Assembly (NCBI GenBank): GCA_965200155.1
Contig: CBDATR010000010.1
Span: 1 to 64,000 of the forward strand
Direction: 5' to 3'
Length of the DNA stretch: 64,000 nucleotides
DNA from: Nitrosopumilaceae archaeon
GTDB lineage: Archaea; Thermoproteota; Nitrososphaeria; Nitrososphaerales; Nitrosopumilaceae
A model generated the notes under the pieces. The model was not told the DNA's origin. It saw only the letters and a list, made by a program, of their open reading frames with translations, and searched no databases. The first letter of the stretch is position 1. Every line of letters starts with the position of its first letter. A program made the position numbers and the translations under genes. Positions 1-10,173 of this stretch are shown piece after piece.

Positions 1-295
1 CTAATCAATTCCAGACCATACCACCCGCAGACAAATGGCAAACCGGAGCGCTTCCATGGAATGATTGAGGACGAGGGGACTCTTATTTAAGAGTCCAATG
101 AGATATGACATTATGACAGTCTCCGGGATTATGTTGACTACTACCATGAGAGAAGGTTGCACTTCTCACTGGATATAGATAACGCCGAAACACCGCTTCA
201 GGAATAAAAAGGCGACCCAGACAATTAGGGCAAATGATGCAAAATGGATGGAGCGGGATGCCAATGACTAGCGGACCGACTTTTCATACATTACA
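1..295 (+). mobile_element. IS481-family remnant, right part (runs off window)
   Basis: Encodes PYHPQTNGK.ERF integrase-core motif; ends GACCGACTTTTCATACATTACA; near-identical to copies at 5248, 14208 and 20681. Confidence 0.8.
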
Positions 296-608
296 TAGGA
301 ATGCCTGCTCTGACTTCCATGATGTCCCTGTCTCTAACACTGTCTGCCCAACGTTTGCAAAAGTCCTTCTGAACTGACTCAAGTTCCTGTGTTAATCTGT
401 GGTCTATCTGGCGCAGCTTGTGAATAATGGTTACGATATCTTTTAGGGCATTCACCAGAGTATCCATGTCGTGCGCCTTTCTCTGATAGACCTTAATTTC
501 CTTGGTGATAACTCTGTACTTTTCGACCATTTGTGAATTCCTGCATATGCTGCTCTCATTCGCCACCCACCAATCTGTCAGCTTGTCTAGCATCATTGTG
601 TTAGCCAC
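291..608 (-). CDS. hypothetical coiled-coil protein
   Basis: 105-aa ORF with an AT-rich TATA-like upstream region; its stop codon lies in the IS481 end. Confidence 0.4.
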   Translation of the reverse strand: MANTMMLDKLTDWWVANESSICRNSQMVEKYRVITKEIKVYQRKAHDMDTLVNALKDIVTIIHKLRQIDHRLTQELESVQKDFCKRWADSVRDRDIMEVRAGIPM

Positions 609-985
609 ACAATCTATTCTTATAACAAGATATATTTATATATATAATTGGTATAAATGTGAGTGCTTAAATCGTCCCAGTATGAGATTACGGCATTTTA
701 GTGCGCTCACAATTCACCCTTTACATTCCATTAATGGAGTTGTGTGAATTTTGGTCTATATGCCAGAGTATTACGGGTTGGCGGGTCATTATGGATTATC
801 CCACGTATGGATTTGGAGTGGCTCCCGAAATCCTACTTTATGCTACACCATCATGCATTACACACTTCGCGTGGAGACATGTTAACGACTGGTACGCCTT
901 GGGAGAACATGTGGCTATTCTTTGGAGACATCCTAAACTCCCCCACCAAGAAGTTTAATATACACATAATAATTCAGGGGCAATA

Positions 986-3094
986 GTGAGCGCCAAGAAA
1001 ATATTCCAGGAAACCGTCACCACAGACCACAAGGTAATCACCGAAGACTTATCAAAGTCCATTCTAGAAGAGTATGGCGTTACCGTTCCCCCTTATTCTC
1101 TAGTTACAAGCCGCGATGAAGCCATGACTGCGGCAGAAAAAATAGGCTTCCCGTTAGTCATGAAGGTGGTCTCCCCGCAAATACTGCACAAGACCGATGT
1201 GGGCGGCGTCAAGGTAGGATTGGATAATTCTAAGGAGGTGGGGGATGCCTTTGATGACATGTGGAAACGTTTAACCGGCGGCGATGCCCAGATAAAGGGA
1301 CTATTACTAGAAAAGATGGTACCCTCCGGCGTCGAACTAATCGTAGGGGTCCAGAACGACCCACAGTTTGGCCCCGTAATAATGGTGGGCATGGGTGGCA
1401 TAATGACCGAGATAATGAAGGACGTATCCTTCCGTATGTTACCCATCACTGAGAATGATGCCCAATCCATGTTACAGGAACTAAAGGGCGCCCCACTATT
1501 ACAGGGGTTCCGGGGCAGCTCCCCAATAGATACTGCCATGCTATCTGATACACTAGTAAAGATAGGCAATATGGCAATGGATAACGCGGACTATATCAAC
1601 AGTATAGACTTTAATCCCGTTCTAGCATATCATGACTCTTACTGTGTCGTTGATGCCAAAATCATCCTAAACAAGGAGATTCGTCATAATTCCGTATCTC
1701 AGGCTGATCCTGACAAGTCATACATGGAGGAATTCTTTACGCCCCGCTCTATCGCGCTAGTGGGCGCCTCCGCCACTCCCGGAAAGATTGGCCACTCCAT
1801 CCTGGACAGTCTGGCAAACTATGACTACACCGGCGAGGTCCACCCCATAAACCCCAAAGTCGATGAAATCTTTGGGCGCAAGTGCTACAAATCCATCCTG
1901 GACATACCCGGTCCCGTAGACTTGGTCGTTATATCCATTGATTTATCCCGAACTCCTGCCATACTAGAAGACTGCGCTAAAAAGGGCGTTCACAGCGTAG
2001 TTATAGTATCCGGCGGGGGCAAGGAGCTGGGCGGCCAGAGGGCCGAGTATGAAGCCCAGGTGAAAAAACTCTCCGCTGAGCATAACATTCGCATCATTGG
2101 TCCCAACTGTATCGGCATGTTTAACGCGGCCAATCGCCTGGACTGCGCCTTTCAGGGTCGCGAGAGAATGGTACGCGCCAAACTAGGCAATGTCGCGTTA
2201 CTATCACAGAGCGGCACCATGGGTATCAGTTTCCTGGAGTCCGCGGACGTCTTTGGTCTCTCCAAAATGATTAGCTATGGCAACCGCTCAGACGTGGACG
2301 AGGCAGACATGATATGGTACCTAGCAAATGACCCCCAGACTAGGGTAATAGTTCTATACGTGGAAGGTTTCGGTGATGGGCGCAAGTTCATTCGTACTGC
2401 GCGCCGTGTAATGGCCGAGAAAAAGAAACCCATCATAATATGGAAGAGTGGTAGAAGTGAGGCTGGTTCCAAGCAGGCGGCTTCCCATACCGGCTCGCTG
2501 GGTGGCTCCAACAGCATTATAATGGGGGCGCTAAAGCAGGCTGGAATCGTTTCAGTTGACAGCTATCAGGAATTGGTCGCCGTTTCCAAGGCGCTCTCTT
2601 GGCAGCCTGCCGCCTCTGGTAATGGCGCGGCCATGTGCAGTAATGGTGCCGGTCCCATGATAGGGGCGATTGATCACTTTGAGCGCCTGAGTCTGAGTTT
2701 GGCTGGAGTGAGCGATTCCTCCTGCCAGAGTATGATAGAGAAGTTCCCGCCCACTTACGTCATTGGCAAGGGGAACCCGGTGGACGTAACCGGCGGGGCG
2801 GTAGCCGAGGATTACAAGTTTGTAATAGAGACATTCATGAAAGATCCCAACGTGCATATCGTAATGCCCTGGTTCGTCTTCCAGGACGACCCATTAGATG
2901 AGGTTATAGTGGATTATCTGGCAGAGTCCTCGGCAGCCCGCAAAAAACCGTTACTTGTAGGCGGCAATGGCGGACCTTATACGAAAAAGGTATCTGATGC
3001 AATAGAGGCGCGCGGCATTCCAGTATATTCTGATTTGCGGGATTGGGTGGCTGCCGCTTCCGCTCTATATCAGTGGGGACGCACATCTTCATAA
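986..3094 (+). CDS. ADP-forming acyl-CoA synthetase (probable 4-hydroxybutyrate-CoA ligase of the 3HP/4HB cycle)
   Basis: N-terminal ATP-grasp (HKTDVGGV), CoA-binding domain, GPNCIG, SQSG and phospho-His SHTGSL motifs; substrate inferred from domain order. Confidence 0.85.
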   Translation: MSAKKIFQETVTTDHKVITEDLSKSILEEYGVTVPPYSLVTSRDEAMTAAEKIGFPLVMKVVSPQILHKTDVGGVKVGLDNSKEVGDAFDDMWKRLTGGDAQIKGLLLEKMVPSGVELIVGVQNDPQFGPVIMVGMGGIMTEIMKDVSFRMLPITENDAQSMLQELKGAPLLQGFRGSSPIDTAMLSDTLVKIGNMAMDNADYINSIDFNPVLAYHDSYCVVDAKIILNKEIRHNSVSQADPDKSYMEEFFTPRSIALVGASATPGKIGHSILDSLANYDYTGEVHPINPKVDEIFGRKCYKSILDIPGPVDLVVISIDLSRTPAILEDCAKKGVHSVVIVSGGGKELGGQRAEYEAQVKKLSAEHNIRIIGPNCIGMFNAANRLDCAFQGRERMVRAKLGNVALLSQSGTMGISFLESADVFGLSKMISYGNRSDVDEADMIWYLANDPQTRVIVLYVEGFGDGRKFIRTARRVMAEKKKPIIIWKSGRSEAGSKQAASHTGSLGGSNSIIMGALKQAGIVSVDSYQELVAVSKALSWQPAASGNGAAMCSNGAGPMIGAIDHFERLSLSLAGVSDSSCQSMIEKFPPTYVIGKGNPVDVTGGAVAEDYKFVIETFMKDPNVHIVMPWFVFQDDPLDEVIVDYLAESSAARKKPLLVGGNGGPYTKKVSDAIEARGIPVYSDLRDWVAAASALYQWGRTSS

Positions 3095-3106
3095 TATTAT
3101 TCTGTC

Positions 3107-3287
3107 AGAACCCGGATCCATTATATTTATATAAATCACGCCGACTAGGAGGTTAAAATGAAAGCTAAATTGATTCCTGCACTTTTACTATCTTTTGTAA
3201 TGGTGTCAGGAGCTGTAACGATAAATGACGCATATGCACAGACAAACACAGAACGGTTGGCAACCGTGGATGAAACAACCATGGATA
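3107..3287 (+). repeat. 181-bp repeat (promoter, RBS, signal peptide), inverted copy at 9947-10127
   Basis: Appears identical base by base to the reverse complement of 9947-10127. Confidence 0.95.
3121..3152 (+). promoter_or_regulatory. TATA box and AGGAGG ribosome-binding site
   Basis: TTTATATA at 3126-3133 and AGGAGG at 3147-3152 ahead of ATG 3158. Confidence 0.65.
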
Positions 3288-4978
3288 CCAACAACATGAT
3301 AGCAGCACTAAATACCGCCATTACCAATATGACCACTAGCATTATGGATATGCTGTCAGAAATGATGTCTTCCATGGATGCCTTGAGTGCCAGCGTGGCT
3401 GGTGTATCTACTACTGTAGATGATGTATCTACTACTGTGGAATCAATAGATTCCAAAGTGGATGGTCTTGCAAATAATATGGCATCTAGTAGCGGTGCAG
3501 TAACTGATGTTGCAAATGCCGTATCTGCACTGTCTAGCGATGTGGCTGACATAAACGAGCATGTACATGAGTACGCAGAGAACTCTGCTGATATTACAAA
3601 CGCTGTAAACGATATAAACACAGAAGTGGGCAACATTGCGGCATCACTGGCTGCAAGCACTAGCGGCTTGTCCGGTCTGCCAGCTTCAGTAGCCAGCATA
3701 CAAGACACTGTAAGCGATATTGCAAGCAGTAACCAGGACGCAGAGATTACACTCCGTCTGAACGCCCTTGAGGAGAGCCTTAACACTCGCTTGGGTAGTT
3801 TGGAGAGTAACATGGCACAAATATCTGATGCACTGAATATAGTGCAAGATGCAGTACAGCCAGTAGTGGCCCCGTTGCCAGAAGTAGAGGAGACGAAGAT
3901 TAGCGGCTTTATATACACCGCAGATTATGCGGGTGCAGTAGCTGCGAAACCCGATGACAACATATACAATTATGACTTTACACTAGAGTGTCTATCTGGA
4001 GCATTTGTCACTGGCATAGAAGTTAAAACCACAAATGCACGTGAAGAAATGAGAGACAACCGTAAGGACTTGAATGACGTTATTAATGACGATGATGCTG
4101 ACCAGGTCTTGCAACAAACTGCCAATAGGCTGTATTATAATCACATGACTATGTGGGATGATGGACCTCTTACAGTCACTAATCCATTCGATACCGATAG
4201 CCATCATTCAAAAATATATGCCGATGGTCGCGTTCTGATTGATACACGATTTTTGATAGGTGATGATAAACCTGTAATATACAATCAACCTATTAAGTTT
4301 AACTTCCAGGAGTTAAGTGCTGGTGATGCTTTGAATATACGTACTGAACTTGACGCAAGTCCATTGCAGTCTGACATTAAGGTTAATGCACCACCGCCTG
4401 ATAATGAAAATAAGATTGATCAAGGAGATGTGTACATATTTGACTTTGAAAAGCTAACCGATGACAATCCTGACGTGGTGAATTTCTGGAGTATTCCACT
4501 CTTTAAAGTCACGGTAACACTACTTAGCGCTGGCGATCCTAGCTGCAGCTTGAGTCTGCCCGAGGTCGTTGGTGATAGATTTACGGATAGGGATAATACT
4601 ATTCTGCTAAATGCACCTACTGAAGGTCCAGAGGAAGCTCTCTTGAAGGACTTTAGCGTTATGGTTGATTGTAACGATATGCCTACTCGTATCCAACAAA
4701 ATAGTGATATCACTTTCGACTTTATAGGAACTGTTGGAGATGTATTTGATAGCGTTAATACCCTTAACCTGATGGCTGGTGGTAAGAACGTGGAATACAA
4801 TATAAACTCTGAAAAAACCCTGACCCCGACGACTAACTCCGATACGTTGCCCATTAAGTGGGATAGTGGTATGCTAGTCGTGTCTGGTTCTATACCAACT
4901 GACGGTGCACTAATAGAAATCACCTATGACACTGTTGCAGGCAATTCATGTACTCAAGTAACTGAGGAAGACCAGTAG
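3158..4978 (+). CDS. secreted acidic surface protein with coiled-coil stalk
   Basis: Signal peptide ending AYA/Q, heptad repeats, acidic beta-rich C-terminal half ending GNSC; paralog of 8250-10076. Confidence 0.8.
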   Translation: MKAKLIPALLLSFVMVSGAVTINDAYAQTNTERLATVDETTMDTNNMIAALNTAITNMTTSIMDMLSEMMSSMDALSASVAGVSTTVDDVSTTVESIDSKVDGLANNMASSSGAVTDVANAVSALSSDVADINEHVHEYAENSADITNAVNDINTEVGNIAASLAASTSGLSGLPASVASIQDTVSDIASSNQDAEITLRLNALEESLNTRLGSLESNMAQISDALNIVQDAVQPVVAPLPEVEETKISGFIYTADYAGAVAAKPDDNIYNYDFTLECLSGAFVTGIEVKTTNAREEMRDNRKDLNDVINDDDADQVLQQTANRLYYNHMTMWDDGPLTVTNPFDTDSHHSKIYADGRVLIDTRFLIGDDKPVIYNQPIKFNFQELSAGDALNIRTELDASPLQSDIKVNAPPPDNENKIDQGDVYIFDFEKLTDDNPDVVNFWSIPLFKVTVTLLSAGDPSCSLSLPEVVGDRFTDRDNTILLNAPTEGPEEALLKDFSVMVDCNDMPTRIQQNSDITFDFIGTVGDVFDSVNTLNLMAGGKNVEYNINSEKTLTPTTNSDTLPIKWDSGMLVVSGSIPTDGALIEITYDTVAGNSCTQVTEEDQ

Positions 4979-5247
4979 TAATTTTTCATTTCTTTTATAT
5001 TTTGTATGCATAGCTAGCTTGCGCCTCATTATGCCGCCTAGTCATTTACGTCCATTCTGTACCACTTTTCCTAACCGACTCTGTGGTTCTTTTGTGAAAC
5101 GCCTTAAGCGGCATCTCCATGCCAAGCGATCAGTGCAGTCTGAGATCTCGTCGTAATACTTGGTATATTTGTGCAGGACACCCGTATGTCCTCATCATAC
5201 TTCTGAGGAGTCGCTCCATCTTGTCATTGGTCTGTGGTCGGTATGAT

Positions 5248-6175
5248 TGTAATGTATGAAAAGTCGGTCCGCTAGTCATTGGCATCTCGCTCCATCCATT
5301 TTGCATCATTTACCCTAATTGTCTGGGTCGCCTTTTTATTCCTGAAGCGGCGTTTCGCCGTTATCTATATCCAGTTAGAAGTGCAATCTTCTCTGATTGT
5401 AGTAGTCCACATAATCCCGGAGACTGTCATAATGCCATATCTCGTCCTCAATCGTTCTATGGAAGCGCTCCAGTTTGCCATTTGTCTGCGGGTGGTATGG
5501 CCTGGAATTGATTAGTATGATTTCTTGATCCAGCAGTTCTTCCTAGAATAGTGGGTTTCCAGTTCTTTTTGCCCTTTTATTGTCCTACGAAACACGCGCC
5601 GTTATCCGAGATGCAGGGGCGCCGAATCTCTTTATCGCAAGTCTCAGTAATAGAACGGCGTTCTCTGAGGTTGCAAGCTCAAATAGTGCCGCTCCGACGA
5701 TGCACCTAGATGCATCATCTATGAGATTCAGTCCCCTGAAGCGCTCATCTTTCATGACATGCCAGTGCCACATTGCATTGGAATATTTACGCTCATAGCG
5801 TACCCACTCTGCAGGTGGTGAGACTGTCGTGCCGTTCTTTTTCATTATGTGATATACTGCGCGATATGTATCATGTCTAAGCCTCTTTGCAATACGTACT
5901 ACTCCGGCGGGATCCTTGCTATATGCTTCAGTTACCATTCGTATCTGGGTGGCGGTGATTGGTATCATAGGCCTGCCCATCTTTACTCGAGTCGTTCCCG
6001 TTCTCTGGTTCACAATCTTCGTACGTGTCTTGTTTCAGGTCTTGAGCTATTTTGGTGGCGGCAACGCCTCTTTTTGTCTTGATTCCTCTGTTATTCTATT
6101 TACCATAGCCTTTCGTGGCTTGTGTAACTTGAACTACCCTACACCGGATCCTGATCGGACTTTTGACATCTTGAG
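5248..6175 (-). mobile_element. IS481-family defective element
   Basis: TGTAATGTATGAAAAGTCGG end; YERKYSNAMWH, DDASR and PQTNGK fragments with frameshifts; far end approximate. Confidence 0.8.
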
Positions 6176-6344
6176 CTGCTATGCGTCGTATTCCGAGGAC
6201 TTGATTGATCGTATGAGTTCACGTGTTTTGATCATTCACTAAGATGTATAGATTGGTACGACAATATTTTGCTTAAATACAAAATTTGTAATAAGAATCT
6301 AATGAGAAGGCGCAGGTCCTATAAGGAATTGGAACTGAAAAATA

Positions 6345-6436
6345 GTATGAGTTCACGTCTTCCGGAATCTTATGCACAAATCACATTAACTGTCGCGATC
6401 AGTTGTGCGTAAATTTAGACACAGGTGAACTCATAC
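6345..6436 (+). mobile_element. 92-bp IS66-type MITE (family 1)
   Basis: TIR GTATGAGTTCAC; TSD GAAAAATA; inside the IS66 transposase gene. Confidence 0.95.
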
Positions 6437-6461
6437 GAAAAATAAGCTTCTTCAGGATACC

Positions 6462-6636
6462 CTTGCGTCTACCAAGAAAGAACTTGCACATTACAAGGAG
6501 AATGAGCGAGAGATAAAACGTGGAGACATAATACTTGCGTCTACCGAGAAAGAACTTGCACATTACAAGGCAGGGGCCATGGGCCGCCTTGTCCTACGTC
6601 TTGCGGCTACCGAGAAAGATCTTGCACATTACAAGG
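6462..6636 (+). repeat. three 37-bp direct repeats with 35- and 29-bp unique spacers (CRISPR-like geometry)
   Basis: Repeats at 6462, 6534 and 6600; the sister IS66 copy has no spacers and no triplication. Confidence 0.9.
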
Positions 6637-7411
6637 AACGTGTGAGAGTATTGGAAGCATATATGTCACGCACCACAAAAGAAATACGAAATCTCACACA
6701 AGATTTCCAAATTATTAGGAATTATGTAAATGAATTGAATGAGAAATTAGAAGAAAAACAGGGGAAAATTGCGGTACTCATAACGTGACTTAAATATTAT
6801 GAGAATGCTCACTCGCCACCATCCCTTCAATCCCTCCAGTACAAGAAGCGGAAACAGGGAGAGATAATAAGAAACAGAAAGAAGCCAGTACTAAATCAGC
6901 CAAAAAGGCTGGCGCTCAAAAGGGACACAAGGGGGTTTCTCGTTCCCACAACCCCGACAGAGTAATGCGCCATACCTTTAAGCATACTCCACTATGTGAG
7001 TGCGGCAATATGATGACAAAAATTGGTTGGAAACAACGACACATAACGGAATTAATACCAGCCAAAATAGAGGAGGCCCACCATATGATAGAAATGGCTG
7101 CGTGTGGGTGCGGCAAAAAACAACTGGCCCCAGCAGCGGGCGTCCCAAAGAGTGGTGGTTTTGGAGTTCAATTATGCGGTGCCATCACTGCATTGCGTGC
7201 GGAAAAGATTCCAATAAAACGCATACCTGTAATTTCGAAGGATCTCTTCGGCCTAAATATATCGGTGGGTGCAGTAAACAACATAATTGCCAGGGCCGCC
7301 GATGCATGTGAATCATTTATGGAAACAATTCATGAGAATATAATAAAATCACCCAGCATTCATGTGGACGAAACTGGTATATCACTGGCGGGTAGGCGTG
7401 ACGGGATATGG

Positions 7412-7503
7412 GTATGAGTTCACCTGTGTCTAAATTTACGCATAACTGATCGCGACAGTTAATGTGATTTGTGCGTAAGATTCCGGAAGACGTGAACTCA
7501 TAC
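7412..7503 (-). mobile_element. 92-bp MITE family 1
   Basis: TIRs; TSD GGATATGG; inside the IS66 transposase gene. Confidence 0.95.
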
Positions 7504-8249
7504 GGATATGGGGGATGCGGGCCGAAGAGTGGATGATATACAAAAGTAGGAGTTCATATGTAGTGGACAAATACCTGAACGGTTACAATGGAGCGATAGT
7601 CACAGACAGGTACGCTGTGTATCGCCGGTTTGATGACGGTGGGAAGCACCAGTTGTGTTGGGCGCATTTATTGCGCGATACCAGTATATTACATGCGGGA
7701 TTCTATATTGATCCCGGTGATCAGGACGCCCGGATCAAACTTGACAACGATTTGAAAGAATTGTTCCGGAGCGCACGTGAATCGCTGTGGGCCGTCCGCG
7801 CAATTACGACACTCATTTGAGACGGGGGCAGATGCATCAGTATTGTGATGTTGATGATACTGAACTGCAAAAGAAGGTAAAAGGATTGAATAAGGTCATA
7901 CCAGGCATGTTCGTATTCTTAGAATATGACAGTGTGGCGCCGACCAACAATCCAGCGGAGCAGTGGAACCGGTTCTGATACGCAGTGGTATTCCGCAAGA
8001 TTAGTGGTCAGATAAAGGGTGGTGAAAGGGCCATGCGCCGCATGTCTACATTCGTATCATGTGTTCAGACATGGAGGGCTCAGGGCCTTTCTGTAATGAA
8101 CGAGGTTGCTGCCAGAATGCAATTATAATTAAAAAACTGGGATGCATTCTATCTTATTATGTGATCAAAACACGTGAACTCATACGATTGATCATCTAAT
8201 ATGTGATGAAACACATGCGTGTTCCTTCCGGTATTAAAAAATGAAAAAT

Positions 8250-10076
8250 CTAGTTACAAGAATTGCCTTCGATAGTTGTATAATCAATTACAACCAACAA
8301 GTTGGTCTTCTGCGCAAGTCCGGCGTTGATCTGAAGTGGTCCTTCGCCGCCAAACGTGAATGGCAACTCACCAATGTTTGGTGTCAATGTACCATTACTA
8401 GCGAAGCCGAATATAGCATATACCTTTTTATCATCACCATCTCCTGTGAATAATTCAAGTGTACTGTACTGTGGCAGTGTTACGCCGCCTGGTACTTCTG
8501 TCCTTATGTCATTGATAATGGTTGGTACATTATTACAGTTTAGTGTATCGGTGAACCTCTCGATCAACCCACCATCCCCATCGGTGTCTCTCATAGGGTT
8601 AAGTATTTTTGTGGCTGAGTTTGTCAAGTCTGCAAAGCTGCCTGCCTGCATAATCTCACAACTGGCTTCATTGGCCGATAGCCAACTAATGGTCATTGTA
8701 AATGATTCTATGTTACCTACGCCCGCCTTACTGACTGTGTAACTGGCATATGATGAAGCGGCAGGAGACACATATGGTAAATCATTAGGCCGCTCAGGCA
8801 GATCGCTATTCCTCATACCATATGATTTGAAATCAGGCAGCCTATGAGTGTGTATTTCCGTATCGCCTGGACCATCATTGTTGTTGTATCGGGGAGCTAT
8901 ATAGGTAAAGTCTTCTCCAAATGGTGTAGAAACGTACCCGTTAAGGGCAGTGACGAAATCGTGCTTGGCCGTGTGTGTTGTAGTGATATCCAGTGCATCA
9001 CCAGCTGCTAGAGCCATGCGACCCAAGGAATGGTCCTTACGATTAAGGGAAACTTGGTCCGCTTTTATCTCCGCAATATTGGATTTGTATATTGGTATGC
9101 CACCAACGTATAATGTCGCTTCTGTACCATCTACGCGATCAGGATCTCCTTCATCGTGGTATGGGAAAACGTGATCAATATTGTTCGACTCAATGTTTGT
9201 CGTTACAGTGTTCAGGAAGACATCCTCGTCACATACAAGCTCAAATGCAGCCTTATATGTGCTAAGTCCCTTGTCATCTTTTGGTGGAATTTTGCCTGAA
9301 GCCGCATCACCAAAGTTTCTCTGATATACGGTGTGCGTTATCTCGCCTGAGTATAGCATCGTTATTGGATCCGGTACAGCTGCCATTACAGCTTCTTCTG
9401 CCGCTTCCCTGTCCATGTCTGCATCCATTTGGATGTTATTCAGCATTGTTTCCAACTGGTTAAGCTTTGCAGCGTTATTGGTTATGCCTCTGACTATTCT
9501 ATCCAGTGTGGCAGCATTCTCGGCATTAGCATCGCTAACTGCGTCGCTAATGTCACTTGGACTAACTAGTGACTCACTAATGTCACTTAGAGTATCTGCC
9601 TGTCCTTCTATTTCTTCATGCAAATTCTCAATATCAGATGTGCTTACTACCTGACTACCAAAGGTGGCCAATGCGGTCATAAGTCCGTCTAGCTTGGAAT
9701 CCACTGCGCTCACGTCATTGGCTACGGCGCTAACATCAGCACCTAGTCCGTCAACACTGGCAGTAACATTGCTCACGTGGCCGGTCAGGTCATTAACATT
9801 ATCATTCACCGCTGATACATTATCATTCACCGCTGATACATTATCATCAACACCACTTATTGCATCGCTAATTGACATTAGCATTTCCATGACACTGTTG
9901 GTCATAGTGTCAATGGCACTACTTATTGCCATGAGCAAGTCGTTGTTATCCATGGTTGTTTCATCCACGGTTGCCAACCGTTCTGTGTTTGTCTGTGCAT
10001 ATGCGTCATTTATCGTTACAGCTCCTGACACCATTACAAAAGATAGTAAAAGTGCAGGAATCAATTTAGCTTTCAT
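8250..10076 (-). CDS. secreted acidic surface protein with coiled-coil stalk
   Basis: First 43 aa identical to 3158-4978, divergent afterwards, same Cys pattern and GNSC end. Confidence 0.8.
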   Translation of the reverse strand: MKAKLIPALLLSFVMVSGAVTINDAYAQTNTERLATVDETTMDNNDLLMAISSAIDTMTNSVMEMLMSISDAISGVDDNVSAVNDNVSAVNDNVNDLTGHVSNVTASVDGLGADVSAVANDVSAVDSKLDGLMTALATFGSQVVSTSDIENLHEEIEGQADTLSDISESLVSPSDISDAVSDANAENAATLDRIVRGITNNAAKLNQLETMLNNIQMDADMDREAAEEAVMAAVPDPITMLYSGEITHTVYQRNFGDAASGKIPPKDDKGLSTYKAAFELVCDEDVFLNTVTTNIESNNIDHVFPYHDEGDPDRVDGTEATLYVGGIPIYKSNIAEIKADQVSLNRKDHSLGRMALAAGDALDITTTHTAKHDFVTALNGYVSTPFGEDFTYIAPRYNNNDGPGDTEIHTHRLPDFKSYGMRNSDLPERPNDLPYVSPAASSYASYTVSKAGVGNIESFTMTISWLSANEASCEIMQAGSFADLTNSATKILNPMRDTDGDGGLIERFTDTLNCNNVPTIINDIRTEVPGGVTLPQYSTLELFTGDGDDKKVYAIFGFASNGTLTPNIGELPFTFGGEGPLQINAGLAQKTNLLVVIDYTTIEGNSCN

Positions 10077-10127
10077 TTTAACCTCCTAGTCGGCGTGATT
10101 TATATAAATATAATGGATCCGGGTTCT
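9947..10127 (-). repeat. 181-bp repeat, inverted copy of 3107-3287
   Basis: Direct comparison. Confidence 0.95.
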
Positions 10128-10173
10128 AACATCCCGTTAGACATTAATTTGCCAATCTGCACATGATAACCGT

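Larger units (their letters stand above)
6211..8185 (+). mobile_element. IS66-family element (single tnpC gene, ISBst12-like), inactivated
   Basis: 24-bp TIR GTATGAGTTCACGTGTTTTGATCA, 8-bp TSD GATTGATC; DETG, QLCWAH and PTNN motifs; contains two MITEs and in-frame stops. Confidence 0.95.

Noticed and set aside
3145-3918. Long antisense ORFs (also 9664-10089, 32543-33211, 36792-37409)
   Set aside because: Shadows of well-supported genes on the opposite strand
6462-6636. Canonical CRISPR array call
   Set aside because: The repeat is transposase coding sequence, with no leader or cas genes visible; reported as a CRISPR-like insertion instead
7572-7587. ACCTGAACGGTTAC inside IS66 resembling the family-2 MITE end
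   Set aside because: Encodes YLNGY, present in both transposase copies; treated as coincidence
9790-9850. 21-bp tandem repeats in the surface protein gene
   Set aside because: Ordinary heptad (VSAVNDN) coiled-coil repeats with no spacers
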